From Candidatus Helarchaeota archaeon (GTDB taxonomy: Archaea > Asgardarchaeota > Lokiarchaeia > Helarchaeales > RDOG01): 64,000 nucleotides of DNA. Under the pieces are notes generated by a model. It was not told the DNA's origin, did no database searches, and saw nothing but the letters and a program-made list of their open reading frames with translations. The stretch spans positions 1 through 64,000 of the forward strand of contig JALGVI010000002.1 in the NCBI GenBank assembly GCA_029838215.1. Reading direction: 5' to 3'. This document shows positions 38,354-47,053 of this stretch, piece after piece. The position numbers were made by a program, and so were the translations under genes. Position 1 is the stretch's first letter. The number at the start of each line of letters is the position of its first letter.

Positions 38354-39544
38354 ATGTCTCATCCACTGCAAGAGATACGTGTTCTCGACCTAACCAGACT
38401 TGCTCCGGGACCTTATGCAACGATGATACTGGGAGATTTGGGAGCGGACATCATAAAAATCGAAGATACGAAAGTTGGTGATTACGTACGTTGGCGAAAA
38501 CCGTTCACCAAGAATTCCAATGACGAAAATGAGAATTTATACTTCATTTCATTGAATAGAAATAAGAGAAGTCTGACTTTGGACTTGAAAACGGTTGAAG
38601 GTCAGCAAATTTTTTATCGCTTGGCAAAAACAGCCGATGTTCTGATCGAATCGTTCCGTCCGGGTGTCGTTGATCGACTCAAAATAGATTACGAGACGTT
38701 ACGTGTTCTAAATTCTAAATTGATTTATTGTAGCTTGACCGGTTATGGTCAGTCAGGACCGTATGCGGCTCTTCCCGGTCATGATTTGAATTATATTAGC
38801 ATTTCAGGATTAGGGGCAATTTCAGGTGTTCCAGAGGCAGGACCGCGTCCCCTCGGAACTCAAGTTGCAGATTTTGGTGGTGCCATGAGCGCAGTCATTG
38901 CCATATTATCGGCTTTAATTGAAAGACAAAAAAGCCAAATCGGTCAGTATATTGACGTGGCGATGTTTGAAACGCCAATTTCGTGGATGACAGGAGTCTA
39001 TGCTGATTTCTTTAGTTCAGGACGATTACCCAAAGTGGGTGCAGAACGGTTAACAGGAGATTTGCCGAATTATAACGTTTATGAAACCAAAGACGGAAAA
39101 TTTGTCGCCATTGGCTCTTTAGAAGCAAAATTTTGGAAGGAAACCTGCAAGATGCTTAAAATGGAACAATTCGCGGGCATGGATCCAAGCTCAGATGAGC
39201 ATAAACAAGAAATCTTCGAGGTTTTAAAATCAAAAATCAAAAAATTCTCTCGAGACGAATTAATTGAACATGCTAAAAACGTTGATGCTTGCATCACGCC
39301 GATCTTGACTCTTGATGAAGTCTTATCGAACGAACACGTCCTTAGCAGAGAAGTGTTCTTTGAGCACGAACATCCCCGAGTTGGGAAAATACGGCAAGTC
39401 AGATTACCAATAAAGTTCTCACGTTCTGAAACGGGCATACACCACCATTCTCCAGCATTTGGAGAGCATTCAGAAGAAATTTTACGAGAACTAGGATATA
39501 CTCAGGTGGAATTTGATGAATTTAGAAAAAAAGGGATAATATAA
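38354..39544 (+). CDS. CaiB/BaiF family III CoA-transferase, alpha-methylacyl-CoA racemase-like
   Basis: DLTRLAPGP..TMILGDLGADIIKIE, NRNKRS, FRPGV, LTGYGQ.GP, GHDLNY, ADFGG. Confidence 0.9.
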   Translation: MSHPLQEIRVLDLTRLAPGPYATMILGDLGADIIKIEDTKVGDYVRWRKPFTKNSNDENENLYFISLNRNKRSLTLDLKTVEGQQIFYRLAKTADVLIESFRPGVVDRLKIDYETLRVLNSKLIYCSLTGYGQSGPYAALPGHDLNYISISGLGAISGVPEAGPRPLGTQVADFGGAMSAVIAILSALIERQKSQIGQYIDVAMFETPISWMTGVYADFFSSGRLPKVGAERLTGDLPNYNVYETKDGKFVAIGSLEAKFWKETCKMLKMEQFAGMDPSSDEHKQEIFEVLKSKIKKFSRDELIEHAKNVDACITPILTLDEVLSNEHVLSREVFFEHEHPRVGKIRQVRLPIKFSRSETGIHHHSPAFGEHSEEILRELGYTQVEFDEFRKKGII

Positions 39545-39551
39545 AAAGATG

Positions 39552-40883
39552 TTATTTTTTATTAATTACTTCTTTCGCGATGGCGATGACTTCTTCTAGA
39601 GGAAGAACCATGCTCTTCATGTACTCTTGGTATTGTTTGACGAAATCCTCGCGATTTTGGATGAATTGTTTTTGACGTTGTTCATGTTTATCTTTGACTT
39701 TAAGAGTGATTTCTCGTAGTTGTTCCTTCGTTGGACTAATACCCCGTGGTTTTAATGCGGCTTCCAGGACCGAAGCTGTCCCGCTGAATTTTCCCATGTC
39801 ATAAATCGTGCTCCGTCCAAGGAGTTCGGATGGAATGAGTTCATAGGTAAATTTATTTTTCAAGACACCGTGAGCATGAATTCCACTTTCGTGTCGGAAA
39901 GCATTGAGTCCCACGATAGGTTTATTAACGGGAATTGGAATGCCAGCATATTTTGACACTAATTCGCAAGCTTCCACGAGTTTATCAAAATTTACACGTA
40001 GTTTCATTCCATAGATGACTTTTAAGGCAGTGATTACTTCTTCTATCGGTGTATTTCCACATCGCTCGCCAATTCCTAAAATCGTTCCCTGTGCGGCAGC
40101 TGCACCAACCTCTATACACGCCAGGGTATTTGCAGTTGCCATGCCGAGATCATTGTGGAAATGCAATCCTAAGGAAATGCCGGGTTCGCCTGCTTCTGCA
40201 AATTTACGCTTTGCTTCAAGATAAAACCAAGCTGCAGACCTAGGCGTGAAATTTGAAACCGTATCACTAATACCCGTGCCTGCCCAATGTTCCTTGCACC
40301 GATCTTTAACGGCTTTAACAATTTTCACGTAATAATCCAAATCGCTCCTAGAAACGTCTTCCATCCCAAAAACGATGTCAAAATCATGGTCAAGTGCATA
40401 ATCCAATTTTTCTAGATATTTCTCAATGTTAGATTCAGGTGTTAAACCCATTTTTTCCCGAATGTGAAATTCAGAACAACTCGTGAATAGATCCAGCATT
40501 CGCGCATCTGCTCTAAGAGCAGCATCAATATCGTTTTTATTTGCACGAGCCATCACGTAGCACATTGCCTTAGGGGCACTTTCAGTAATCATCTTACATG
40601 CTTTTTCTTCATCTTTTGAAACACCAGGATAACCGACTTCTATGAGTGAAATTCCGGCATCTGCAATTGCATGAACGATTTCCAATTTTTGGTCGGGTGT
40701 AAAGATAACACCGGGTTGCTGTTCACCATCTCTACACGTGGTATCTGCGAAGTTGATAAGAGGAGCAAATTTATATTGATCACCTAGTTCGACAGCATAA
40801 TTATGGAGCCAACCTTTTTCAAAGATTTCTCTTCTATCTTCAGGTAATGATCTGAGATATCTTTTCATGTTTACTTTCGGCAA
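39552..40883 (-). CDS. Homocitrate synthase/isopropylmalate synthase family (DRE-TIM) enzyme without LeuA regulatory domain
   Basis: DTTCRDGEQQPG, HFHNDLGMATAN, GIGERCGN, AFRHESGIH. Confidence 0.88.
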   Translation of the reverse strand: MPKVNMKRYLRSLPEDRREIFEKGWLHNYAVELGDQYKFAPLINFADTTCRDGEQQPGVIFTPDQKLEIVHAIADAGISLIEVGYPGVSKDEEKACKMITESAPKAMCYVMARANKNDIDAALRADARMLDLFTSCSEFHIREKMGLTPESNIEKYLEKLDYALDHDFDIVFGMEDVSRSDLDYYVKIVKAVKDRCKEHWAGTGISDTVSNFTPRSAAWFYLEAKRKFAEAGEPGISLGLHFHNDLGMATANTLACIEVGAAAAQGTILGIGERCGNTPIEEVITALKVIYGMKLRVNFDKLVEACELVSKYAGIPIPVNKPIVGLNAFRHESGIHAHGVLKNKFTYELIPSELLGRSTIYDMGKFSGTASVLEAALKPRGISPTKEQLREITLKVKDKHEQRQKQFIQNREDFVKQYQEYMKSMVLPLEEVIAIAKEVINKK

Positions 40884-41003
40884 TAAAATCCCTCAATAAC
40901 AAATTTGTATTGAATTCTTTCTATTAGTAGAATAATTTTGTTTGTGTTTTTTTTATTTGTCGGTATTTAATTAAAAATATTCATTTAAAATTATCCGAAG
41001 TGA

Positions 41004-41750
41004 TCACCAAATAATGGGAAAAATGGTGATCTTGAACGCCCATATCATGATAAAGGGAATTATTAGTCCAATTAGAAATCCAGAGATGAGTTGCCATGTC
41101 GAATGACCCTGTTCGAATGATTCTTGCATCTGCCATTTTGCCCAAGCAATGGGTGGGAGTAAGAAATATAATAAAAAGAAAAGCTGATATTCGGGGACGC
41201 CACCAAAGAAACCATAACAAATCCACATCGTTGTAATGGAGCACGTTGCCCCGCTCATGTGCAATGAAGTCTTAAACTTAAATAAAGTTGTAATTATTAA
41301 ATTTATGACACCGATAACAAAGTAAATCGTTCCAAACATGATAAAGACTCGGAGATTTATGAGAAGAACAAGATCGAGATAAATGTAAATGGGAATGACG
41401 ATAAACCAGCCAACTAGAGAAAGCCCCAGTAGGAACCATCTATCTTCTCTGTGCGTGGTATATTTTTGGACTTTTCCTTTTTTTCTCAAGAAAATCACGG
41501 GTATCAAGGGAAAGAAAAGAATGAATGCCATTGATACCAATACCAGTAGGAATTCATGTGCGATCATTACGGGATACGTTAATTCACCAAAAACATACAG
41601 CGATGGTCGATGCGTGGTACTATACGAAAATAAAATGATTAAAACGATTTGGAAAGGTGAAACGGAGAGAAGCGTTAGAATATATGCGACCTTATCTCTT
41701 TTGGTTTTCCTATAATGGTCTGATTCGATATTTGATTCGGAAAAATCCAA
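41004..41750 (-). CDS. PAP2-like membrane phosphatase
   Basis: ~6 TM; KTSLHMSG and GHSTWQLISGFLIG resemble the PAP2 C2/C3 His motifs. Confidence 0.6.
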   Translation of the reverse strand: MDFSESNIESDHYRKTKRDKVAYILTLLSVSPFQIVLIILFSYSTTHRPSLYVFGELTYPVMIAHEFLLVLVSMAFILFFPLIPVIFLRKKGKVQKYTTHREDRWFLLGLSLVGWFIVIPIYIYLDLVLLINLRVFIMFGTIYFVIGVINLIITTLFKFKTSLHMSGATCSITTMWICYGFFGGVPEYQLFFLLYFLLPPIAWAKWQMQESFEQGHSTWQLISGFLIGLIIPFIMIWAFKITIFPIIW

Positions 41751-41770
41751 GACCTCCTTGAGTTAAAAGT

Positions 41771-43003
41771 TCACTTGTCTTTTTTTAGTGCTTTTTCGAT
41801 TAATAATAAAGCTCTTGTCATCAATTCAGGAGAGATGTCGCGGGATTCACCGGTGAGAGCATTTTCTATAATTGCTTGCGCATCTTCATCTGTTTTTGCA
41901 AGCTTTATGATTTGGGAAACATTATAATCTACGTCACTCATTAAAAGGTCACGCAATGCTCGATGTGTCGAGAAGATGTTCGGAAATCGCATCTTTTTAT
42001 ACGCGCGCTTGTATTTCTTGAAATTATCTTTAGAATAATCGTTTGATTCACGTGCTTCGATTGCGGTCTTTCCAGCCAGCTTACCAGTCCACATTGCATA
42101 GATGATGCCTTCGCCCAGCATGGGGCTAACAAAACCAACAGAATCACCTATTGCAATGATGCCATCACCCACAGTCTTTCCCTTAATCCCACATAGAGGC
42201 ACGGGATGGTTTCGCTTCCAAATGACTTTAGGTTTTGAAAACTTATCCGCTATTCCCTCCCATTCAATAAATTTCAAGAGATAATGCATGGGATTCAAAC
42301 CTTTCGTCCGATGAAGACCAAGACCAATATTTGCAACGTGATCGTTCAAAGGAAAAATCCAAGCATATGCATTCGGAGCAATCTGATTCGAAAGATAAAA
42401 ACGGTTATAATACTCATTCTCATCATCGTTGCTGGGATTATATCCTTCAACAAATGCAACAGCACATTGACCAATATCACGTTCGACATTCCACTTATTA
42501 CGCAATCCTGCCTTTATTACGGTTTGCGAACCCACGCCATCAGCCGCTATCGTCAATGGTGCTTCATATTCCAAAACGCCCTTGTCATTCTTGCAAACAA
42601 CACCTGAAACCTTACCATTCTTGATGATCAAGTCAACAACCCTTGTCCTATCAAGCAGGTTTGCTCCTGCCGAAACTGCCCTATCGGTCAAGAATTTATC
42701 AAATACAGCCCGACGCATGTTCCAACCATAATCTTTTCCTTTCGCTTCCAACGTGTACTGATTTCCATCTGAAGCAATTATTATACTACCTTTGATGCGT
42801 TTTTCAACGACATTTTCGGGCTTAATATCAAAATCGATAAGAACTTGGTTTGGAATTCCTCCACCACATGGTTTTTCTTGGCGAGAATCCATGGGTAATT
42901 TATCAATTAGAAGCACGTTTAGTCCTGCTTCTGCCATTGTTTCTGCAGCAATAGATCCTCCAGGACCTGCTCCTACAACGATTACATCTGGTGTCAACGT
43001 CAA
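41771..43003 (-). CDS. Geranylgeranyl reductase family (digeranylgeranylglycerophospholipid reductase)
   Basis: VVGAGPGGS, KPCGGG, RAVFDKFL, AADG, YAWIFP..ANIG, IGD..GFVSPMLGEGI. Confidence 0.92.
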   Translation of the reverse strand: MTLTPDVIVVGAGPGGSIAAETMAEAGLNVLLIDKLPMDSRQEKPCGGGIPNQVLIDFDIKPENVVEKRIKGSIIIASDGNQYTLEAKGKDYGWNMRRAVFDKFLTDRAVSAGANLLDRTRVVDLIIKNGKVSGVVCKNDKGVLEYEAPLTIAADGVGSQTVIKAGLRNKWNVERDIGQCAVAFVEGYNPSNDDENEYYNRFYLSNQIAPNAYAWIFPLNDHVANIGLGLHRTKGLNPMHYLLKFIEWEGIADKFSKPKVIWKRNHPVPLCGIKGKTVGDGIIAIGDSVGFVSPMLGEGIIYAMWTGKLAGKTAIEARESNDYSKDNFKKYKRAYKKMRFPNIFSTHRALRDLLMSDVDYNVSQIIKLAKTDEDAQAIIENALTGESRDISPELMTRALLLIEKALKKDK

Positions 43004-43234
43004 AGCCTCAAGATAAACTTGTGTTTATTCTTTCTACTTGGTCTAATTACAAAATAAAAGAGTTTTTCTTGGAGGGGAATCCGTTTCATGATTGCTCAAA
43101 AAAAACGTTATCAATCATTTCTTTTCTTTTTCTTCATTTTCTACGTATTATCTAGGAACTACACACCTTGATATTATTCACGGAACATCCTCATGAATAA
43201 CTCATTACGAGTATGGCATTAGGTGTGATCAGCA

Positions 43235-46200
43235 GTGGTCCGCATTAAAAAGTTGGAAATCAATGGATTCAAATCTTTTGGGAAAAAAACGACCATCCGA
43301 TTTGATAACGGTTTTACTTGCATAGTAGGAGCAAATGGGTCAGGCAAATCAAACGTTATTGATGCACTTTGTTTCGTGATGGGACAGTCTTCTTCCAAAT
43401 CAATGCGCGGATCCACATTCTCGGATTTAGTTTTCGCAGGTGGTGCTAATTCACCGGGTTCTAACTCTGCAAGGGTCACGATTTATTTGGATAACGCAGA
43501 TAGAATGTTACCCTTTGATCAAGATGAGGTAATAATCAGTCGTGAAGCATATCTCTCAGGAAAGAGTAAGTACCGACTAAATGGTCGTCAGGTAACCCGA
43601 TTTCAAATTGTTGATCTTTTTTCCTTGATAGGAATCGAAAGTGATGGATACAACATAGTTCAACAAGGAGCCATTGCCAGAATCATACATGCAAATGTCA
43701 AAGAACGTCAGAAACTATTGGAAGACATCTCAGGTATTTCCGTATATGACCAAAAGCGAGAAAAATCTGAGAAAGAGTTAGAAAAAGCAAGTCATAATTT
43801 AGAAAAAGTAGGATATGTTCTAAAATCTCTCAAGGAAAACTTGGAACGCCTTGAAGAAGAGCGATCAGTTGCACTAAAAGCACGAAGATTGGATGTTGAA
43901 ATAGAACATTTGGATAAATTGATAGTTGCCAGTCAGCACGTCTACATTTCAAGAGAGCTGGACGGGATAAAGAATGAGATCGAGACCAAACAAAGAACCA
44001 TTAAAGCAAAAGAGTTAGAAATAGTCAACGTTGAACAAGAGATCGTGAATGAAAATAAGAAACTTCGTGAACTTCAAATACAAGTTCGAAAAATTCGTGA
44101 AATTGATCTCCAAAACCAGCGCGATTCATTAAATTCCATCAAGCAAAATCTTTCGGTTGAAAAAGCTAATCTTAAAAATCAAGTCATTCGTAGAAAAGAG
44201 CTGAAAAGTCAAATTCCCATGCTCATTAAGAATTTAGAACTAACCAGGGATGCAACTCAGGAAACACGACAAATCATTGCTGATCTTAATTCTCAGGAAG
44301 AAAAAGTGCGAGCCAACATCCACGAGAAAGAAATCGACCTGAACGAGACGTTACGAGAAAAAAAATTATTAGACGTGCAAGTTAATCGGCTCAGGCAGCA
44401 AAAGTCAATTCATGAAGCAAAACTCAATGAGTTACAACAGCAATTGGCATTCAATAACGCAAAAATAGAAGCATTGCAAAAAGAATTTGAGATGGGAGAG
44501 AAAGAGCTCAAGAAAAAACAACACGAGCGAGAACAATGTACCAATGAGATCACACGAGCTAAACTTAACACGGACAAAATGCAAGATGAGTTAAAAAACA
44601 TCAAGAAAGACCTCGAAATAGTGTACCGGACAATATCAAATCATGAACAACAAATCATTGCTTTAAAAGACGAACAAAAACAGACTTCCGATCACATTTC
44701 AGACCATTCACGAAAATTAATGCAATTGAAAGAAAAACGTGAAGCAATTAAAAATCAAAAATTAATTGTGGAAACAAAAAGGCATTCAAAGCAGAAAGAA
44801 CTTGATTCAATTCAACTAAGATTACGAGAACTTGAAGAACAGATGAAACTTGAACAAAAATCATTCCGAAAATTGAGCACGAAGAAAATAAGAACGGTCA
44901 GGAAGACCTTAAAAAATGAATTGAAAAACATTCACGAAATACTTGATTCTTTGAACTTGAGCAAGGAAGAATTAGGAAAAGCAGAAAATGCTCATGAAAG
45001 CCAAATTCTTGATTTTACACGTCAAAAAATTGAGCTCTCTACAACCATCAAGACCCTTAAAGAAAACAATAAATTTGATAATTTACCCACGGAATTTTGC
45101 AAGACCTGTCCGCATGTTAAAGAGAAGAAAAAACAATCCGATAGTCATGTCCAAGATTTAATGCTACAATTAGAACACGTCCAAATTACTTTGGAAAATC
45201 TTCGCACGGATCAGACAAAAATTGAAAAGGAAGTTACCGAAATTGAGACTCAACTCTTTGACCTTCAGAACAAAAAGGAAAAATTTGAGGTTAAAATGGA
45301 ACGCTTGTCCGTCCAACTTGAAAATGAAAGAGAAAAAGAAATAGAGAAAATAAAATTAATGCAGAAATTGAATGAAAGTAAACAACAGGTACTAAATAAA
45401 ATTTCAATAGTAATGGATGAGCTTTCAGAAATTTCGAATAAAGAAAAGGAACTCACGTCCCAAGAACTTCTCATTCATCAGGGAAATGAAGTTCACGGAA
45501 TAGAGATGACTCTAAAAAGTCTTAAGTCAAACCTTATAGAAATTCAAGAAAAAATTGAATCCCACGTGAAAAAGAAGACCGAAGTAGATCATCGTCGAGA
45601 AATCCTCGAAAAAGAAATGGATCGTCTAAATTCTCGAATTGGAACGGAGAATAAGAATATTCAGCAGCAACAATTTTTCCTGAACAAGCTTGAAGAAGAA
45701 ATTCGGAATACAAAGAATAAGAATCTTCAGGCTCTCAAGAATCACGGTACAATCAAGATGGCAATCCAAGACTTGGGCATTCAAATTCACGAGCTAACAA
45801 AAATGGTTCAGGATGTCCAAAACGAGTTGAATCAATTCGATTTACAAAAAATTGAAGCAAAGATCTCTAAATTGCAAGAAGAACTTCGCGATTTACGTTC
45901 AAGACATGGAGACTTGAAATTAGAATTAGCAAAAAATACTACAAAATTAAACGATCACTTGAAACCGAAAGAAAATGAACTCCAAGCAGAGATAATTCGC
46001 ATCATAAACCTGAGCTCATCCGTGAAAAACAAAATCACCGAGATTAAAGAGTTAATTGATAATTTACAAGTAGGCCTTGAAGAAGAAACACAAAACGAAC
46101 GTCAATTACTTGCTGAACTTGATGAATTAGTCAAGCATGAAAAACAACAAAAAGAAAAGGTCGACAAGCTTCTTGAAAATGAGAAACAAATCAAGGATGA

Positions 46201-47017
46201 AATTAACACGAGCAAGATAAAATTAGAAGAGCTGATTGGGAAGTCGTTCCATCTTCAACATAAAAAGAAAGAATTGGATCAACTCATTTCAGAATTTAAA
46301 CAGGATGAAAAAATCGCAGAACTCATTCCTTTTGAAGAAATCCCACGGAAAATAAATGAACTCAAGAACAAAAAAAGAGACCGCCGAACCCTTGATCCCG
46401 TGAACATGAAAAGCATCAAGCATTATGAGCAGGTTCAAGAACAATATTCTACGTTCATCAAGAAAGAAGAAGAACTTTTAGATGAACGACAGAAAATACT
46501 TGAGTTTATCGATCAAATTGAAAAAGAAAAACGAGATATTTTCATGAATACCTTCAATGAGGTAAATAAGAATTTTGGATGGATCTATAACGAACTCTCT
46601 GGAGGAGGGAAAGCAAGACTCGTGTTACTTGATGAAGAAGATCCATTTAGCGACATTTCGGGTGTAAACATCGTTGCCAACCCCGTTGGTAAAAAAATTA
46701 AGGACTTGCGACTCGCATCTGGTGGAGAGAAATCGCTCGTTACGTTGGCATTTATATTCGCCATTCAACAATTTCGGCCTGCACCATTCTACATATTTGA
46801 CGAAATTGATGCCGCATTAGATGATTCCAACGCCCGAAACGTGTCAGAAATCATCGCAAAATTCGCCGAAACAGGAAAATCTCAATTTATTGTAATAAGT
46901 CTCAGGGATGCAACAATGGTGAATGCCGACCAACTCATTGGAGTGACGAATGTAGATGGGATTTCCAGCACGTTAGCATTAAATTTAAACGAGATTGCTC
47001 CGAAAATACAAGGATAA
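43235..47017 (+). CDS. smc: Chromosome segregation protein Smc, hinge-less variant with central CxxC
   Basis: GFKSF, Walker A GANGSGKSN, SMRG..SDLVFAG, Q-loop VQQG, PVN joint, SGGEKS signature, PAPFYIFDEIDAALD, QFIVISLRD; the middle is continuous coiled coil with CKTC at aa 622-625. Confidence 0.9.
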   Translation: MVRIKKLEINGFKSFGKKTTIRFDNGFTCIVGANGSGKSNVIDALCFVMGQSSSKSMRGSTFSDLVFAGGANSPGSNSARVTIYLDNADRMLPFDQDEVIISREAYLSGKSKYRLNGRQVTRFQIVDLFSLIGIESDGYNIVQQGAIARIIHANVKERQKLLEDISGISVYDQKREKSEKELEKASHNLEKVGYVLKSLKENLERLEEERSVALKARRLDVEIEHLDKLIVASQHVYISRELDGIKNEIETKQRTIKAKELEIVNVEQEIVNENKKLRELQIQVRKIREIDLQNQRDSLNSIKQNLSVEKANLKNQVIRRKELKSQIPMLIKNLELTRDATQETRQIIADLNSQEEKVRANIHEKEIDLNETLREKKLLDVQVNRLRQQKSIHEAKLNELQQQLAFNNAKIEALQKEFEMGEKELKKKQHEREQCTNEITRAKLNTDKMQDELKNIKKDLEIVYRTISNHEQQIIALKDEQKQTSDHISDHSRKLMQLKEKREAIKNQKLIVETKRHSKQKELDSIQLRLRELEEQMKLEQKSFRKLSTKKIRTVRKTLKNELKNIHEILDSLNLSKEELGKAENAHESQILDFTRQKIELSTTIKTLKENNKFDNLPTEFCKTCPHVKEKKKQSDSHVQDLMLQLEHVQITLENLRTDQTKIEKEVTEIETQLFDLQNKKEKFEVKMERLSVQLENEREKEIEKIKLMQKLNESKQQVLNKISIVMDELSEISNKEKELTSQELLIHQGNEVHGIEMTLKSLKSNLIEIQEKIESHVKKKTEVDHRREILEKEMDRLNSRIGTENKNIQQQQFFLNKLEEEIRNTKNKNLQALKNHGTIKMAIQDLGIQIHELTKMVQDVQNELNQFDLQKIEAKISKLQEELRDLRSRHGDLKLELAKNTTKLNDHLKPKENELQAEIIRIINLSSSVKNKITEIKELIDNLQVGLEEETQNERQLLAELDELVKHEKQQKEKVDKLLENEKQIKDEINTSKIKLEELIGKSFHLQHKKKELDQLISEFKQDEKIAELIPFEEIPRKINELKNKKRDRRTLDPVNMKSIKHYEQVQEQYSTFIKKEEELLDERQKILEFIDQIEKEKRDIFMNTFNEVNKNFGWIYNELSGGGKARLVLLDEEDPFSDISGVNIVANPVGKKIKDLRLASGGEKSLVTLAFIFAIQQFRPAPFYIFDEIDAALDDSNARNVSEIIAKFAETGKSQFIVISLRDATMVNADQLIGVTNVDGISSTLALNLNEIAPKIQG

Positions 47018-47053
47018 ACACTTTTTTCTTAATCGTCATAAAAATTGGCAACG

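Noticed and set aside
43235-47017. Calling the hinge-less SMC protein Rad50/SbcC
   Set aside because: The head motifs (SMRG..DLVFAG, PVN joint, PAPFYIFDEIDAALD, ISLRD) are Smc-type rather than Rad50-type (LDEPT, H-loop SH), and no mre11 is adjacent.
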